Positions 44,401-59,390 of a stretch of DNA of 64,000 nucleotides are shown here, one piece after another. A program made the position numbers and the translations under genes. The first letter of the stretch is position 1. Every line of letters starts with the position of its first letter. The stretch spans positions 1-64,000 of the forward strand of contig CAXKVF010000002.1 of assembly GCA_964057225.1 (NCBI GenBank). The letters run 5' to 3'. The DNA is from Auanema rhodensis. Taxonomy: Eukaryota > Animalia > Nematoda. The notes under the pieces were generated by a model, which was not told where the DNA came from, searched no databases, and was given only the letters and a program-made list of their open reading frames with translations.

Positions 44401-47400
44401 TGCACATTTCAACACCGTGGTATGAAGTTGTAATACTGTTTTTTTCATATTTTCTTAAAGAATATACAGAACCTAAATATCTTCACTTGAAATGTAAAAT
44501 ACAGTTTAAAATCGCAATATATTGTATCGAGGAAAAACTGGAGGAAGATGCATATTATCGTCTGTATTGCACATTTCAACACCGTGGAATGAAGTTGTAA
44601 TATTTTTTTTTCATAGTTTCTTAAAGAATATACAAAACCTAAATATCTTCACATGAAATGTACAACACAATTAGAAATCGCAATATATTGTATCGAGGAA
44701 AAACTCAAGGAAGATGCATATTTATCGTCTGTATTGCACATTTCAACACTGTGAAATGAAGTTGTAATATTTTTTTTTTCATATTTTCTTAAAGAATATA
44801 CAAAACCTAAATATCTTCATATGAAATGTACAACACAATTAGAAATCGCAATATATTGTATCGAGGAAAAACTCAAGGAAGATGCATATTTATCGTCTGT
44901 ATTGCACATTTCAACACCGTGGAATGAAGTTGTAATATTTTTTTTTTCATATTTTCTTAAAGAATATACAAAACCTAAATATCTTCACATGAAATGTACA
45001 ACACAATTAGAAATTGCAATATATTGTGTCGAGGAAAAACTCAAGGTAGATGCATATTTATCGTCTGTATTGCACATTTCAACACGGTGGAATGAAGTTG
45101 TAATATTTTTTTTTTCATATTTTCTTAAAGAATATACAAAACCTAAATATCTTCACATGAAATGTACAACACAGTTTGAAATCGCAATATATTGTATCGA
45201 GGAAAAACTCAAGGAAGATGCATATTTATCGTCTGTATTGCACATTTCAACACCGTGGAATGAAGTTCTAATATTTTTTTTTTCATATTTTCTTAAAGAA
45301 TATACAAAACCTTAGTATCTTCACTTGAAATGTACAACACAGTTTGAAATCGCAATATATTGTATCGAGGAAAAACTCAAGAAAATGCATATTTATCGTC
45401 TGTATTGCACATTTCAACACCGTGGAATGAAGTTCTAATATTTTTTTTTTCATATTTTCTTAAAGAATATACAAAACCTTAGTATCTTCACTTGAAATGT
45501 ACAACACAGTTTGAAATCGCAATATATTGTATCGAGGAAAAACTCAAGGAAGATGCATATTTATCGTCTATATTGCACATTTCAACACCGTGATATGAAG
45601 TTGTAATACTGTTTTTTTCATATTTTCTTAAAGAATATACAAAACCTAAATATGTTCCCTTGAAATGTACAACACAATTAGAAATCGCAATATATTGTAT
45701 CGAGGAAAAACTCAAGGAAGATGCATATTTATCGTCTGTATTGCACATTTCAACACTGTGGAATGAAGTTGTAATATTTTTTTTTCATATTTTCTTAAAG
45801 AATATACAAAACCTTAGTATCTTCACTTGAAATGTACAACACAGTTTGAAATCGCAATATATTGTATCGAGGAAAAACTCAAGGAAGATGCATATTTATC
45901 GTCTGTATTGCACATTTCAACACCGTGGAATGAAGTTGTAATATTTTTTTTTTCATATTGTCTTAAAGAATATACAAAACCTTAGTATCTTCACTTGAAA
46001 TGTACAACACAGTTTGAAATCGCAATATATTGTATCGAGGAAAAACTCAAGGAAGATGCATATTTATCGTCTGTATTGCACATTTCAACACCGTGGAATG
46101 AAGTTGTAATACTGTTTTTTTCATATTTTCTTAAGGAATATACAAAAACTAAATATCTTCACTTGAAATGTACAACACAGTTTGAAATCGCAATATATTG
46201 TATCGAGGAAAAACTCAAGGAAGATGCATATTTATCGTCTGTATTGCACATTTCAACACCGTGGAATGAAGTTGTAATATTTTTTTTTTCATATTTTCTT
46301 AAAGAATATACAAAACCTAAATATCTTCACTTGAAATGTACAACACAATTAGAAATGGCAATATATTGTATCGAGGAAAAACTCAAGGAAGATGCATATT
46401 TATCGTCTGTATTGCACATTTCAACACCGTGATATGAAGTTGTAATACTGTTTTTTTCATATTTTCTTAAAGAATATACAAAACCTAAATATGTTCACTT
46501 GAAATGTACAACACAATTAGAAATCGCAATATATTGTATCGAGGAAAAACTCAAGGAAGATGCATATTTATCGTCTGTATTGCACATTTCAACACCGTGG
46601 AATGAAGTTTTAATACTGTTTTTTTCATATTTTCTTAGAGAATATACAAAACCTAAATATCTTCACTTGAAATGTACAACACAGTTTAAAATCGCAATAT
46701 ATTGTATCGAGGAAAAACTCAAGGAAGATGCATATTTATCGTCTGTATTGCACATTTCAACACCGTGGAATGAAGTTTTAATACTGTTTTTTTCATATTT
46801 TCTTAGAGAATATACAAAACCTAAATATCTTCACATGAAATGTACAACACAATTAGAAATCGCAATATATTGTATCGAGGAAAAACTCAAGGAAGATGCA
46901 TATTTATCGTCTGTATTGCACATTTCAACACCGTGGAATGAAGTTTTAATACTGTTTTTTTCATATTTTCTTAAAGAATATACAAAACCTAAATATTTTC
47001 ACTTGAAATGTACAACACAGTTTAAAATCGCAATATATTGTATCGAGAAAAAACTCGAGGAAGATGCATATTTATCGTCTGTGTTGCACATTTCAACACG
47101 GTGGAATGAAGTTGTAATATTTTTTTTTTCATATTTTCTTAAAGAATATACAAAACCTAAATATCTTCACATGAAATGTACAACACAATTAGAAATCGCA
47201 ATATATTGTATCGAGGAAAAACTCAAGGAAGATGCATATTTATCGTCTGTATTGCACATTTCAACACCGTGGTATGAAGTTGTAATACTGTTTTTTTCAT
47301 ATTTTCTTAAAGAATATACAGAACCTAAATATCTTCACTTGAAATGTAAAATACAGTTTAAAATCGCAATATATTGTATCGAGGAAAAACTGGAGGAAGA

Positions 47401-49900
47401 TGCATATTATCGTCTGTATTGCACATTTCAACACCGTGGAATGAAGTTGTAATATTTTTTTTTCATAGTTTCTTAAAGAATATACAAAACCTAAATATCT
47501 TCACATGAAATGTACAACACAATTAGAAATCGCAATATATTGTATCGAGGAAAAACTCAAGGAAGATGCATATTTATCGTCTGTATTGCACATTTCAACA
47601 CTGTGAAATGAAGTTGTAATATTTTTTTTTTCATATTTTCTTAAAGAATATACAAAACCTAAATATCTTCATATGAAATGTACAACACAATTAGAAATCG
47701 CAATATATTGTATCGAGGAAAAACTCAAGGAAGATGCATATTTATCGTCTGTATTGCACATTTCAACACCGTGGAATGAAGTTGTAATATTTTTTTTTTC
47801 ATATTTTCTTAAAGAATATACAAAACCTAAATATCTTCACATGAAATGTACAACACAATTAGAAATTGCAATATATTGTGTCGAGGAAAAACTCAAGGTA
47901 GATGCATATTTATCGTCTGTATTGCACATTTCAACACGGTGGAATGAAGTTGTAATATTTTTTTTTTCATATTTTCTTAAAGAATATACAAAACCTAAAT
48001 ATCTTCACATGAAATGTACAACACAGTTTGAAATCGCAATATATTGTATCGAGGAAAAACTCAAGGAAGATGCATATTTATCGTCTGTATTGCACATTTC
48101 AACACCGTGGAATGAAGTTCTAATATTTTTTTTTTCATATTTTCTTAAAGAATATACAAAACCTTAGTATCTTCACTTGAAATGTACAACACAGTTTGAA
48201 ATCGCAATATATTGTATCGAGGAAAAACTCAAGAAAATGCATATTTATCGTCTGTATTGCACATTTCAACACCGTGGAATGAAGTTCTAATATTTTTTTT
48301 TTCATATTTTCTTAAAGAATATACAAAACCTAAATATTTTCACTTGAAATGTACAACACAGTTTAAAATCGCAATATATTGTATCGAGAAAAAACTCGAG
48401 GAAGATGCATATTTATCGTCTGTGTTGCACATTTCAACACGGTGGAATGAAGTTGTAATATTTTTTTTTTCATATTTTCTTAAAGAATATACAAAACCTA
48501 AATATCTTCACATGAAATGTACAACACAATTAGAAATCGCAATATATTGTATCGAGGAAAAACTCAAGGAAGATGCATATTTATCGTCTGTATTGCACAT
48601 TTCAACACCGTGGTATGAAGTTGTAATACTGTTTTTTTCATATTTTCTTAAAGAATATACAGAACCTAAATATCTTCACTTGAAATGTAAAATACAGTTT
48701 AAAATCGCAATATATTGTATCGAGGAAAAACTGGAGGAAGATGCATATTATCGTCTGTATTGCACATTTCAACACCGTGGAATGAAGTTGTAATATTTTT
48801 TTTTCATAGTTTCTTAAAGAATATACAAAACCTAAATATCTTCACATGAAATGTACAACACAATTAGAAATCGCAATATATTGTATCGAGGAAAAACTCA
48901 AGGAAGATGCATATTTATCGTCTGTATTGCACATTTCAACACTGTGAAATGAAGTTGTAATATTTTTTTTTTCATATTTTCTTAAAGAATATACAAAACC
49001 TAAATATCTTCATATGAAATGTACAACACAATTAGAAATCGCAATATATTGTATCGAGGAAAAACTCAAGGAAGATGCATATTTATCGTCTGTATTGCAC
49101 ATTTCAACACCGTGGAATGAAGTTGTAATATTTTTTTTTTCATATTTTCTTAAAGAATATACAAAACCTAAATATCTTCACATGAAATGTACAACACAAT
49201 TAGAAATTGCAATATATTGTGTCGAGGAAAAACTCAAGGTAGATGCATATTTATCGTCTGTATTGCACATTTCAACACGGTGGAATGAAGTTGTAATATT
49301 TTTTTTTTCATATTTTCTTAAAGAATATACAAAACCTAAATATCTTCACATGAAATGTACAACACAGTTTGAAATCGCAATATATTGTATCGAGGAAAAA
49401 CTCAAGGAAGATGCATATTTATCGTCTGTATTGCACATTTCAACACCGTGGAATGAAGTTCTAATATTTTTTTTTTCATATTTTCTTAAAGAATATACAA
49501 AACCTTAGTATCTTCACTTGAAATGTACAACACAGTTTGAAATCGCAATATATTGTATCGAGGAAAAACTCAAGAAAATGCATATTTATCGTCTGTATTG
49601 CACATTTCAACACCGTGGAATGAAGTTCTAATATTTTTTTTTTCATATTTTCTTAAAGAATATACAAAACCTTAGTATCTTCACTTGAAATGTACAACAC
49701 AGTTTGAAATCGCAATATATTGTATCGAGGAAAAACTCAAGGAAGATGCATATTTATCGTCTATATTGCACATTTCAACACCGTGATATGAAGTTGTAAT
49801 ACTGTTTTTTTCATATTTTCTTAAAGAATATACAAAACCTAAATATGTTCCCTTGAAATGTACAACACAATTAGAAATCGCAATATATTGTATCGAGGAA
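41500..49900. repeat. Tandem duplication of a ~4193-bp (25-monomer) block
   Basis: Matching ORF pairs occur at 41801/45995, 43480/47673, 44019/48212, 44821/49014 and 45488/49681. The private allele GAAATGGCA is seen only at ~42163 and ~46357. Boundaries are approximate. Confidence 0.9.
42790..45470. repeat. Tandem 8-monomer (1341 bp) duplication nested inside the 4.2-kb unit; repeated again at ~46980-49670
   Basis: Identical 164-aa translations occur at 43480/44821 and 47673/49014 (offset 1341). The marker monomer with TGTAAAATACAG...CTGGAGG occurs twice per 4.2-kb unit. Confidence 0.88.
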
Positions 49901-52900
49901 AAACTCAAGGAAGATGCATATTTATCGTCTGTATTGCACATTTCAACACCGTGGAATGAAGTTGTAATATTTTTTTTTTCATATTTTCTTAAAGAATATA
50001 CAGAACCTAAATATCTTCACTTGAAATGTACAACACAGTTTAAAATCGCAATATATTGTATCGAGGAAAAACTCAAGGAAGATGCATATTTATCGTCTGT
50101 ATTGCACATTTCAACACCGTGATATGAAGTTGTAATACTGTTTTTTTCATATTTTCTTAAAGAATATACAAAACCTAAATATCTTCACATGAAATGTACA
50201 ACACAATTAGAAATCGCAATATATTGTATCGAGGAAAAACTCAAGGAAGATGCATATTTATCGTCTGTATTGCACATTTCAACACCGTGGAATGAAGTTG
50301 TAATACTGTTTTTTTCATATTTTCTTAAAGAATATACAAAACCTAAATATTTTCACTTGAAATGTACAACACAGTTTAAAATCGCAATATATTGTATCGA
50401 GAAAAAACTCGAGGAAGATGCATATTTATCGTCTGTATTGCACATTTCAACACGGTGGAATGAAGTTGTAATATTTTTTTTTTTCATATTTTCTTAAAGA
50501 ATATACAAAACCTAAATATCTTCACATGAAATGTACAACACAATTAGAAATCGCAATATATTGTATCGAGGAAAAACTCAAGGAAGATACATATTTATCG
50601 TCTGTATTGCACATTTCAACACCGTGGAATGAAGTTGTAATATTTTTTTTTTCATATTTTCTTAAAGAATATACAAAACCTAAGTATTTTCACTTGAAAT
50701 GTACAACACAGTTTAAAATCGCAATATATTGTATCGAGAAAAAACTCGAGGAAGATGCATATTTATCGTCTGTGTTGCACATTTCAACACGGTGGAATGA
50801 AGTTGTAATATTTTTTTTTTCATATTTTCTTAAAGAATATACAAAACCTAAATATCTTCACATGAAATGTACAACACAATTAGAAAACGCAATATATTGT
50901 ATCGAGGAAAAACTCAAGGAAGATGCATATTTATCGTCTGTATTGCACATTTCAACACCGTGGAATGAAGTTTTAATACTGTTTTTTTCATATTTTCTTA
51001 AAGAATATACAAAACCTAAATATCTTCACTTGAAATGTACAACACAGTTTAAAATCGCAATATATTGTATCGAGAAAAAACTCAAGGAAGATGCATATTT
51101 ATCGTCTGTATTGCACATTTCAACACCGTGGAATGAAGTTGTAATATTTTTTTTTTCATATTTTCTTGAAGAATATACAAAACCTTAGTATTTTCACATG
51201 AAATGTACAACACAGTTTGAAATCGCAATATATTGTATCGAGGAAAAACTCAAGGAAGATGCATATTTATCGTCTGTATTGCACATTTCAACACCGTGGA
51301 ATGAAGTTCTAATATTTTTTTTTTCATATTTTCTTAAAGAATATACAAAACCTTAGTATCTTCACTTGAAATGTACAACACAGTTTGAAATCGCAATATA
51401 TTGTATCGAGGAAAAACTCAAGAAAATGCATATTTATCGTCTGTATTGCACATTTCAACACCGTGGAATGAAGTTCTAATATTTTTTTTTTCATATTTTC
51501 TTAAAGAATATACAAAACCTTAGTATCTTCACTTGAAATGTACAACACAGTTTGAAATCGCAATATATTGTATCGAGGAAAAACTCAAGGAAGATGCATA
51601 TTTATCGTCTATATTGCACATTTCAACACCGTGGAATGAAGTTTTAATACTGTTTTTTTCATATTTTCTTAAAGAATATACAAAACCTAAATATTTTCAC
51701 TTGAAATGTACAACACAGTTTAAAATCGCAATATATTGTATCGAGAAAAAACTCGAGGAAGATGCATATTTATCGTCTGTGTTGCACATTTCAACACGGT
51801 GGAATGAAGTTGTAATAATTTTTTTTTCATATTTTCTTAAAGAATATACAAAACCTAAATATCTTCACATGAAATGTACAACACAATTAGAAATCGCAAT
51901 ATATTGTATCGAGGAAAAACTCAAGGAAGATACATATTTATCGTCTGTATTGCACATTTCAACACCGTGGAATGAAGTTGTAATATTTTTTTTTTCATAT
52001 TTTCTTAAAGAATATACAGAACCTAAATATCTTCACATGAAATGTACAACACAATTAGAAATTGCAATATATTGTGTCGAGGAAAAACTCAAGGTAGATG
52101 CATATTTATCGTCTGTATTGCACATTTCAACACGGTGGAATGAAGTTGTAATATTTTTTTTTTCATATTTTCTTAAAGAATATACAAAACCTAAATATCT
52201 TCACATGAAATGTACAACACAATTAGAAATTGCAATATATTGTGTCGAGGAAAAACTCAAGGTAGATGCATATTTATCGTCTGTATTGCACATTTCAACA
52301 CGGTGGAATGAAGTTGTAATATTTTTTTTTTCATATTTTTTTAAAGAATATACAAAACCTTAGTATTTTCACTTGAAATGTACAACACAATTAGAAAACG
52401 CAATATATTGTATCGAGGAAAAACTCAAGGAAGATGCATATTTATCGTCTGTATTGCACATTTCAACACCGTGGTATGAAGTTGTAATACTGTTTTTTTC
52501 ATATTTTCTTAAAGAATATACAAAATCTTAGTATCTTCACTTGAAATGTACAACACAGTTTGAAATCGCAATATATTGTATCGAGGAAAAACTCAAGGAA
52601 GATGCATATTTATCGTCTGTATTGCACATTTCAACACCGTGGAATGAAGTTGTAATATTTTTTTTTTCATATTTTCTTAAAGAATATACAAAACCTAAAT
52701 ATCTTCACTTGAAATGTACAACACAATTAGAAATCGCAATGTATTGTATCGAGGAAAAACTCAAGGAAGATGCATATTTATCGTCTGTATTGCACATTTC
52801 AACACCGTGGAATGAAGTTTTAATACTGTTTTTTTCATATTTTCTTAGAGAATATACAAAACCTAAATATCTTCACTTGAAATGTACAACACAGTTTAAA

Positions 52901-55900
52901 ATCGCAATATATTGTATCGAGGAAAAACTCAAGGAAGATGCATATTTATCGTCTGTATTGCACATTTCAACACCGTGGAATGATGTTGTAATACTGTTTT
53001 TTTCATATTTTCTTAAAGAATATACAAAACCTAAATATGTTCACTTGAAATGTACAACACAATTAGAAATCGCAATATATTGTATCGAGGAAAAACTCAA
53101 GGAAGATGCATATTTATCGTCTGTATTGCACATTTCAACACGGTGGAATGAAGTTGTAATATTTTTTTTTTCATATTTTCTTAAAGAATATACAAAACCT
53201 AAATATCTTCACATGAAATGTACAACACAATTAGAAATCGCAATATATTGTATCGAGGAAAAACTCAAGGAAGATGCATATTTATCGTCTGTATTGCACA
53301 TTTCAACACCGTGGAATGATGTTGTAATACTGTTTTTTTCATATTTTCTTAAAGAATATACAAAACCTAAATATCTTCACTTGAAATGTACAACACAGTT
53401 TAAAATCGCAATATATTGTATCGAGGAAAAACTCAAGGAAGATGCATATTTATCGTCTGTATTGCACATTTCAACACGGTGGAATGAAGTTGTAATATTT
53501 TTTTTTTCATATTTTCTTAAAGAATATACAAAACCTAAATATCTTCACATGAAATGTACAACACAATTAGAAATCGCAATATATTGTATCGAGGAAAAAC
53601 TCAAGGAAGATGCATATTTATCGTCTGTATTGCACATTTCAACACCGTGGAATGATGTTGTAATACTGTTTTTTTCATATTTTCTTAAAGAATATACAAA
53701 ACCTAAATATCTTCACTTGAAATGTACAACACAGTTTAAAATCGCAATATATTGTATCGAGGAAAAACTCAAGGAAGATGCATATTTATCGTCTGTATTG
53801 CACATTTCAACACCGTGGAATGAAGTTTTAATACTGTTTTTTTCATATTTTCTTAGAGAATATACAAAACCTAAATATCTTCACTTGAAATGTACAACAC
53901 AGTTCAAAATCGCAAGGAAGATGCATATTTATCGTCTGTATTGCATATTTCAACACCGTGGAATGAAGTTTTAATACTGTTTTTTTCATATTTTCTTAGA
54001 GAATATACAAAACCTAAATATCTTCACTTGAAATGTACAACACAGTTTAAAATCGCAATATATTGTATCGAGGAAAAACTCAAGGAAGATGCATATTTAT
54101 CGTCTGTATTGCACATTTCAACACGGTGGAATGAAGTTGTAATATTTTTTTTTCATATTTTCTTAAAGAATATACAAAACCTAAATATCTTCACATGAAA
54201 TGTACAACACAATTAGAAATTGCAATATATTGTATCGAGGAAAAACTCAAGGAAGATGCATATTTATCGTCTGTATTGCACATTTCAACACCGTGGAATG
54301 AAGTTGTAATACTGTTTTTTTCATATTTTCTTAAAGAATATACAAAACCTAAATATCTTCACTTGAAATGTACAACACAGTTTAAAATCGCAATATATTG
54401 TATCGAGAAAAAACTCAAGGAAGATGCATATTTATCGTCTGTATTGCACATTTGAACACCGTGATATGAAGTTGTAATACTGTTTTTTTTATATTTTCTT
54501 AAAGAATATACAAAACCTAAATATGTTCACTTGAAATGTACAACACAATTAGAAATCGCAATATATTGTATCGAGGAAAAACTCAAGGAAGATGCATATT
54601 TATCGTCTGTGTTGCACATTTCAACACGGTGGAATGAAGTTGTAATATTTTTTTTTTCATATTTTCTTAAAGAATATACAAAACCTAAATATCTTCACTT
54701 GAAATGTACAACACAATTAGAAATCGCAATATATTGTATCGAGGAAAAACTCAAGGAAGATGCATATTTATCGTCTGTATTGCACATTTGAACACCGTGA
54801 TATGAAGTTGTAATACTGTTTTTTTTATATTTTCTTAAAGAATATACAAAACCTAAATATGTTCACTTGAAATGTACAACACAATTAGAAATCGCAATAT
54901 ATTGTATCGAGGAAAAACTCAAGGAAGATGCATATTTATCGTCTGTATTGCACATTTCAACACGGTGGAATGAAGTTGTAATATTTTTTTTTTCATATTT
55001 TTTTAAAGAATATACAAAACCTTAGTATTTTCACTTGAAATGTACAACACAATTAGAAAACGCAATATATTGTATCGAGGAAAAACTCAAGGAAGATGCA
55101 TATTTATCGTCTGTATTGCACATTTCAACACCGTGGTATGAAGTTGTAATACTGTTTTTTTCATATTTTCTTAAAGAATATACAAAATCTTAGTATCTTC
55201 ACTTGAAATGTACAACACAGTTTGAAATCGCAATATATTGTATCGAGGAAAAACTCAAGGAAGATGCATATTTATCGTCTGTATTGCACATTTCAACACG
55301 GTGGAATGAAGTTGTAATATTTTTTTTTTCATATTTTTTTAAAGAATATACAAAACCTTAGTATTTTCACTTGAAATGTACAACACAATTAGAAAACGCA
55401 ATATATTGTATCGAGGAAAAACTCAAGGAAGATGCATATTTATCGTCTGTATTGCACATTTCAACACCGTGGAATGATGTTGTAATACTGTTTTTTTCAT
55501 ATTTTCTTAAAGAATATACAAAACCTAAATATGTTCACTTGAAATGTACAACACAATTAGAAATCGCAATATATTGTATCGAGGAAAAACTCAAGGAAGA
55601 TGCATATTTATCGTCTGTATTGCACATTTCAACACGGTGGAATGAAGTTGTAATATTTTTTTTTTCATATTTTCTTAAAGAATATACAAAACCTAAATAT
55701 CTTCACATGAAATGTACAACACAATTAGAAATCGCAATATATTGTATCGAGGAAAAACTCAAGGAAGATGCATATTTATCGTCTGTATTGCACATTTCAA
55801 CACCGTGGAATGATGTTGTAATACTGTTTTTTTCATATTTTCTTAAAGAATATACAAAACCTAAATATCTTCACTTGAAATGTACAACACAGTTTAAAAT

Positions 55901-56099
55901 CGCAATATATTGTATCGAGGAAAAACTCAAGGAAGATGCATATTTATCGTCTGTATTGCACATTTCAACACGGTGGAATGAAGTTGTAATATTTTTTTTT
56001 TCATATTTTCTTAAAGAATATACAAAACCTAAATATCTTCACATGAAATGTACAACACAATTAGAAATCGCAATATATTGTATCGAGGAAAAACTCAAG

Positions 56100-59000
56100 G
56101 AAGATGCATATTTATCGTCTGTATTGCACATTTCAACACCGTGGAATGATGTTGTAATACTGTTTTTTTCATATTTTCTTAAAGAATATACAAAACCTAA
56201 ATATCTTCACTTGAAATGTACAACACAGTTTAAAATCGCAATATATTGTATCGAGGAAAAACTCAAGGAAGATGCATATTTATCGTCTGTATTGCACATT
56301 TCAACACCGTGGAATGAAGTTTTAATACTGTTTTTTTCATATTTTCTTAGAGAATATACAAAACCTAAATATCTTCACTTGAAATGTACAACACAGTTCA
56401 AAATCGCAAGGAAGATGCATATTTATCGTCTGTATTGCATATTTCAACACCGTGGAATGAAGTTTTAATACTGTTTTTTTCATATTTTCTTAGAGAATAT
56501 ACAAAACCTAAATATCTTCACTTGAAATGTACAACACAGTTTAAAATCGCAATATATTGTATCGAGGAAAAACTCAAGGAAGATGCATATTTATCGTCTG
56601 TATTGCACATTTCAACACCGTGGAATGAAGTTTTAATACTGTTTTTTTCATATTTTCTTAGAGAATATACAAAACCTAAATATCTTCACTTGAAATGTAC
56701 AACACAGTTCAAAATCGCAAGGAAGATGCATATTTATCGTCTGTATTGCACATTTCAACACGGTGGAATGAAGTTGTAATATTTTTTTTTCATATTTTCT
56801 TAAAGAATATACAAAACCTAAATATCTTCACTTGAAATGTACAACACAGTTTAAAATCGCAATATATTGTATCGAGAAAAAACTCGAGGAAGATGCATAT
56901 TTATCGTCTGTGTTGCACATTTCAACACGGTGGAATGAAGTTGTAATATTTTTTTTTTCATATTTTCTTAAAGAATATACAAAACCTAAATATCTTCACT
57001 TGAAATGTACAACACAATTAGAAATCGCAATATATTGTATCGAGGAAAAACTCAAGGAAGATGCATATTTATCGTCTGTATTGCACATTTGAACACCGTG
57101 ATATGAAGTTGTAATACTGTTTTTTTCATATTTTCTTAAAGAATATACAAAACCTAAATATGTTCACTTGAAATGTACAACACAATTAGAAATCGCAATA
57201 TATTGTATCGAGGAAAAACTCAAGGAAGATGCATATTTATCGTCTGTATTGCACATTTCAACACGGTGGAATGAAGTTGTAATATTTTTTTTTTCATATT
57301 TTCTTAAAGAATATACAAAACCTAAATATCTTCACATGAAATGTACAACACAATTACAAATCGCAATTTATTGTATCGAGGAAAAACTCAAGGAAGATGC
57401 ATATTTATCGTCTGTATTGCACATTTCAACACCGTGGAATGATGTTGTAATACTGTTTTTTTCATATTTTCTTAAAGAATATACAAAACCTAAATATCTT
57501 CACTTGAAATGTACAACACAGTTTAAAATCGCAATATATTGTATCGAGAAAAAACTCGAGGAAGATGCATATTTATCGTCTGTGTTGCACATTTCAACAC
57601 GGTGGAATGAAGTTGTAATATTTTTTTTTTCATATTTTCTTAAAGAATATACAAAACCTAAATATCTTCACATGAAATGTACAACACAATTAGAAATCGC
57701 AATATATTGTATCCAGGAAAAACTCAAGGAAGATGCATATTTATCGTCTGTATTGCACATTTCAACACCGTGGAATGATGTTGTAATACTGTTTTTTTCA
57801 TATTTTCTTAAAGAATATACAAAACCTAAATATCTTCACTTGAAATGTACAACACAGTTTAAAATCGCAATATATTGTATCGAGGAAAAACTCAAGGAAG
57901 ATGCATATTTATCGTCTGTATTGCACATTTCAACACCGTGGAATGAAGTTTTAATACTGTTTTTTTCATATTTTCTTAGAGAATATACAAAACCTAAATA
58001 TCTTCACTTGAAATGTACAACACAGTTCAAAATCGCAAGGAAGATGCATATTTATCGTCTGTATTGCATATTTCAACACCGTGGAATGAAGTTTTAATAC
58101 TGTTTTTTTCATATTTTCTTAGAGAATATACAAAACCTAAATATCTTCACTTGAAATGTACAACACAGTTTAAAATCGCAATATATTGTATCGAGGAAAA
58201 ACTCAAGGAAGATGCATATTTATCGTCTGTATTGCACATTTCAACACCGTGGAATGAAGTTTTAATACTGTTTTTTTCATATTTTCTTAGAGAATATACA
58301 AAACCTAAATATCTTCACTTGAAATGTACAACACAGTTCAAAATCGCAAGGAAGATGCATATTTATCGTCTGTATTGCACATTTCAACACGGTGGAATGA
58401 AGTTGTAATATTTTTTTTTCATATTTTCTTAAAGAATATACAAAACCTAAATATCTTCACTTGAAATGTACAACACAGTTTAAAATCGCAATATATTGTA
58501 TCGAGAAAAAACTCGAGGAAGATGCATATTTATCGTCTGTGTTGCACATTTCAACACGGTGGAATGAAGTTGTAATATTTTTTTTTTCATATTTTCTTAA
58601 AGAATATACAAAACCTAAATATCTTCACTTGAAATGTACAACACAATTAGAAATCGCAATATATTGTATCGAGGAAAAACTCAAGGAAGATGCATATTTA
58701 TCGTCTGTATTGCACATTTGAACACCGTGATATGAAGTTGTAATACTGTTTTTTTCATATTTTCTTAAAGAATATACAAAACCTAAATATGTTCACTTGA
58801 AATGTACAACACAATTAGAAATCGCAATATATTGTATCGAGGAAAAACTCAAGGAAGATGCATATTTATCGTCTGTATTGCACATTTCAACACGGTGGAA
58901 TGAAGTTGTAATATTTTTTTTTTCATATTTTCTTAAAGAATATACAAAACCTAAATATCTTCACATGAAATGTACAACACAATTACAAATCGCAATTTAT

Positions 59001-59390
59001 TGTATCGAGGAAAAACTCAAGGAAGATGCATATTTATCGTCTGTATTGCACATTTCAACACCGTGGAATGATGTTGTAATACTGTTTTTTTCATATTTTC
59101 TTAAAGAATATACAAAACCTAAATATCTTCACTTGAAATGTACAACACAGTTTAAAATCGCAATATATTGTATCGAGAAAAAACTCGAGGAAGATGCATA
59201 TTTATCGTCTGTGTTGCACATTTCAACACGGTGGAATGAAGTTGTAATATTTTTTTTTTCATATTTTCTTAAAGAATATACAAAACCTAAATATCTTCAC
59301 ATGAAATGTACAACACAATTAGAAATCGCAATATATTGTATCCAGGAAAAACTCAAGGAAGATGCATATTTATCGTCTGTATTGCACATT
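56100..59390. repeat. Tandem 10-monomer (1629 bp) duplication containing two 143-bp deleted monomers per unit
   Basis: ORF pairs 56384/58013, 56832/58461 and 57168/58797 all have offset 1629 (10x168 - 2x25 - 1). The private allele CAATTACAAATCGCAATTTA occurs at ~57351 and ~58980. Confidence 0.9.
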
